Assembly (NCBI GenBank): GCA_051362555.1 | Contig: CM120645.1 | Coordinates: 3,038,001-3,102,000 of the forward strand | Length of the DNA stretch: 64,000 nucleotides | Reading direction: 5' to 3' | Source of the DNA: Lingula anatina | Lineage: Eukaryota; Animalia; Brachiopoda | Notes under the pieces: model-generated | What the model saw: the letters and a program-made list of their open reading frames with translations, nothing else | What the model was told of the DNA's origin: nothing | The model's database searches: none | Translations under genes and position numbers: made by a program | In this document: piece after piece, positions 62,515 to 64,000 of the stretch | Layout of the letters: each line of letters opens with the position of its first letter | Numbering within the stretch: position 1 is the stretch's first letter

Positions 62515-62515
62515 A
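62479..62515. repeat. (AAAT)n microsatellite
   Basis: Directly visible. Confidence 0.95.
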
Positions 62516-64000
62516 AACAAAAAAACGAGTGCATATTTTCTTTATATTTCAAAATGTTTAATAACATTGGAGTCATTTATAACACTGTATACTTACATCC
62601 AATTTACATTTATGTTACATCTAATACAATAAAAAACGCCATCAGAGTGATAGAATCAAGAAAACATTAACAGTGACACACCTTGTATTCTTAGACACTT
62701 GTGTATTAACAAACATATCAATAAATTCAACATTAACTCTTACCAAATATGCTGGTTAATAATATCTATAATTCTATTTTTTTGTATGCTGCTACATGAA
62801 CCGACATAAAACATTAGTATCTGTGCAACTGGCAGTGAAATTGATAATCAAGTCCTTGCAATCATTTCTTTCCATTTATACGTATAAATGAGTAAATCTA
62901 TTTTTACGACAAGTACAGCAAATCTGTTGGATGCTATAAATTCTTCCCAGTGAAGATATCAAAAAAAATCTACTAGGATAACAACCACACGTTAAGGTAA
63001 AATGTGTTCCTTTCCTCATTGCAGTGCAGTTTTTTCCTTTTGTTTACTCTAAAGTTTCTCTTTAATTTTTACATCTTAATAAGAAAGAGAAGACATAGCC
63101 ACTGCTCAAATTAATAAACAAAATAATCAAAAGTTTGAAATTATTAGACTTTCTTAGTGGAAGTGAATGATACGTTCTTAACATTCATGACAATACTTTT
63201 TTTTTCCGATTGTGAAGCATCACAAGCCCACTACTGTAGTATAAACATTAAAAATTCCACAAATCACAGTCAACACCCTTACTACCCATACCATTTAAGA
63301 GAAAAAGAAATTAATACACGAATGATCATCAAAAATACACACTTATAAAAAAGAGAGAAAAGACTGCGAGGCGACTCATACGTTCATTGTAAAAGACAAT
63401 GGTTCAGACAGGCTCACAGCCTCACTAAATATGGCATAATCCAGCAATTTCCTACACTGCAGGGATTTCGGATCTCTAAGCCACAACTGTTGAAAGGGCT
63501 TTTGCTTTGTCCAATTTTTGTTATTTATAAAAAAATATAAAAAAACTTGTTCCAGTTTTAATTTTTATTCTTCTACTTGCCTTCGTGAGGTTTCACTAAT
63601 TCTTTACTGCCAGGTATTGAAATATTTCATGTGCTAGATTTGACAAATTTAAAGAAAATGAACTGCTGAAATAAAAAAAAGTCATTAAAATAAATTATCT
63701 AAAATAAATCTGTTAATTTCTGGAAATTATAAAGCATTATTCTGCCATTCACTCCAAAGCTAAGCAGAAGTTGCGTGTGCAAGAGGTGAGCTTCCAGTAA
63801 ATGCATTCATTGTCACTCTGCTACATAATTTCTCCGTTTTGAGTTGACTTGAACTGACAACTTTTTTAAAAAATTCCCTGCAGAGTTCTTAGTTCTGCAA
63901 AAATATATCTTCCTTGCCTCAGGCAGAGAAAATTCTCTATTTATGACTTTGTGAACACAGATACAGGCTTTTTTATTTTGTCCAGAAAAGGATCCCATTT

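Overview
AT-rich, intron-dominated animal genomic DNA, probably a marine invertebrate bilaterian; the taxon cannot be fixed from the sequence. Most of the window (minus strand, 57732 down to 31) is the 5' part of a voltage-gated calcium channel alpha-2/delta subunit gene of the alpha2delta-3/4 (straightjacket-like) type. I traced 11 phase-consistent GT-AG coding exons (1203 nt, 401 codons) from the start codon through most of the VWA domain; the gene continues past the left edge. Its introns hold many non-autonomous DNA transposons (PIF/Harbinger-like MITEs, 5-bp-TSD hAT-like elements, a Kolobok-like and a Helentron-like element, several nested), two minisatellites and many microsatellites. 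Head-to-head with this gene, on the plus strand (about 59900-61711), is a compact gene I do not recognise. It encodes a 199-aa secreted, extremely Asp-rich prepro-polyprotein cut by 7 convertase sites into 8 acidic peptides, and its promoter carries tandem perfect CRE sites. This precursor is the best candidate for an undescribed system. All coordinates and counts were read by hand.
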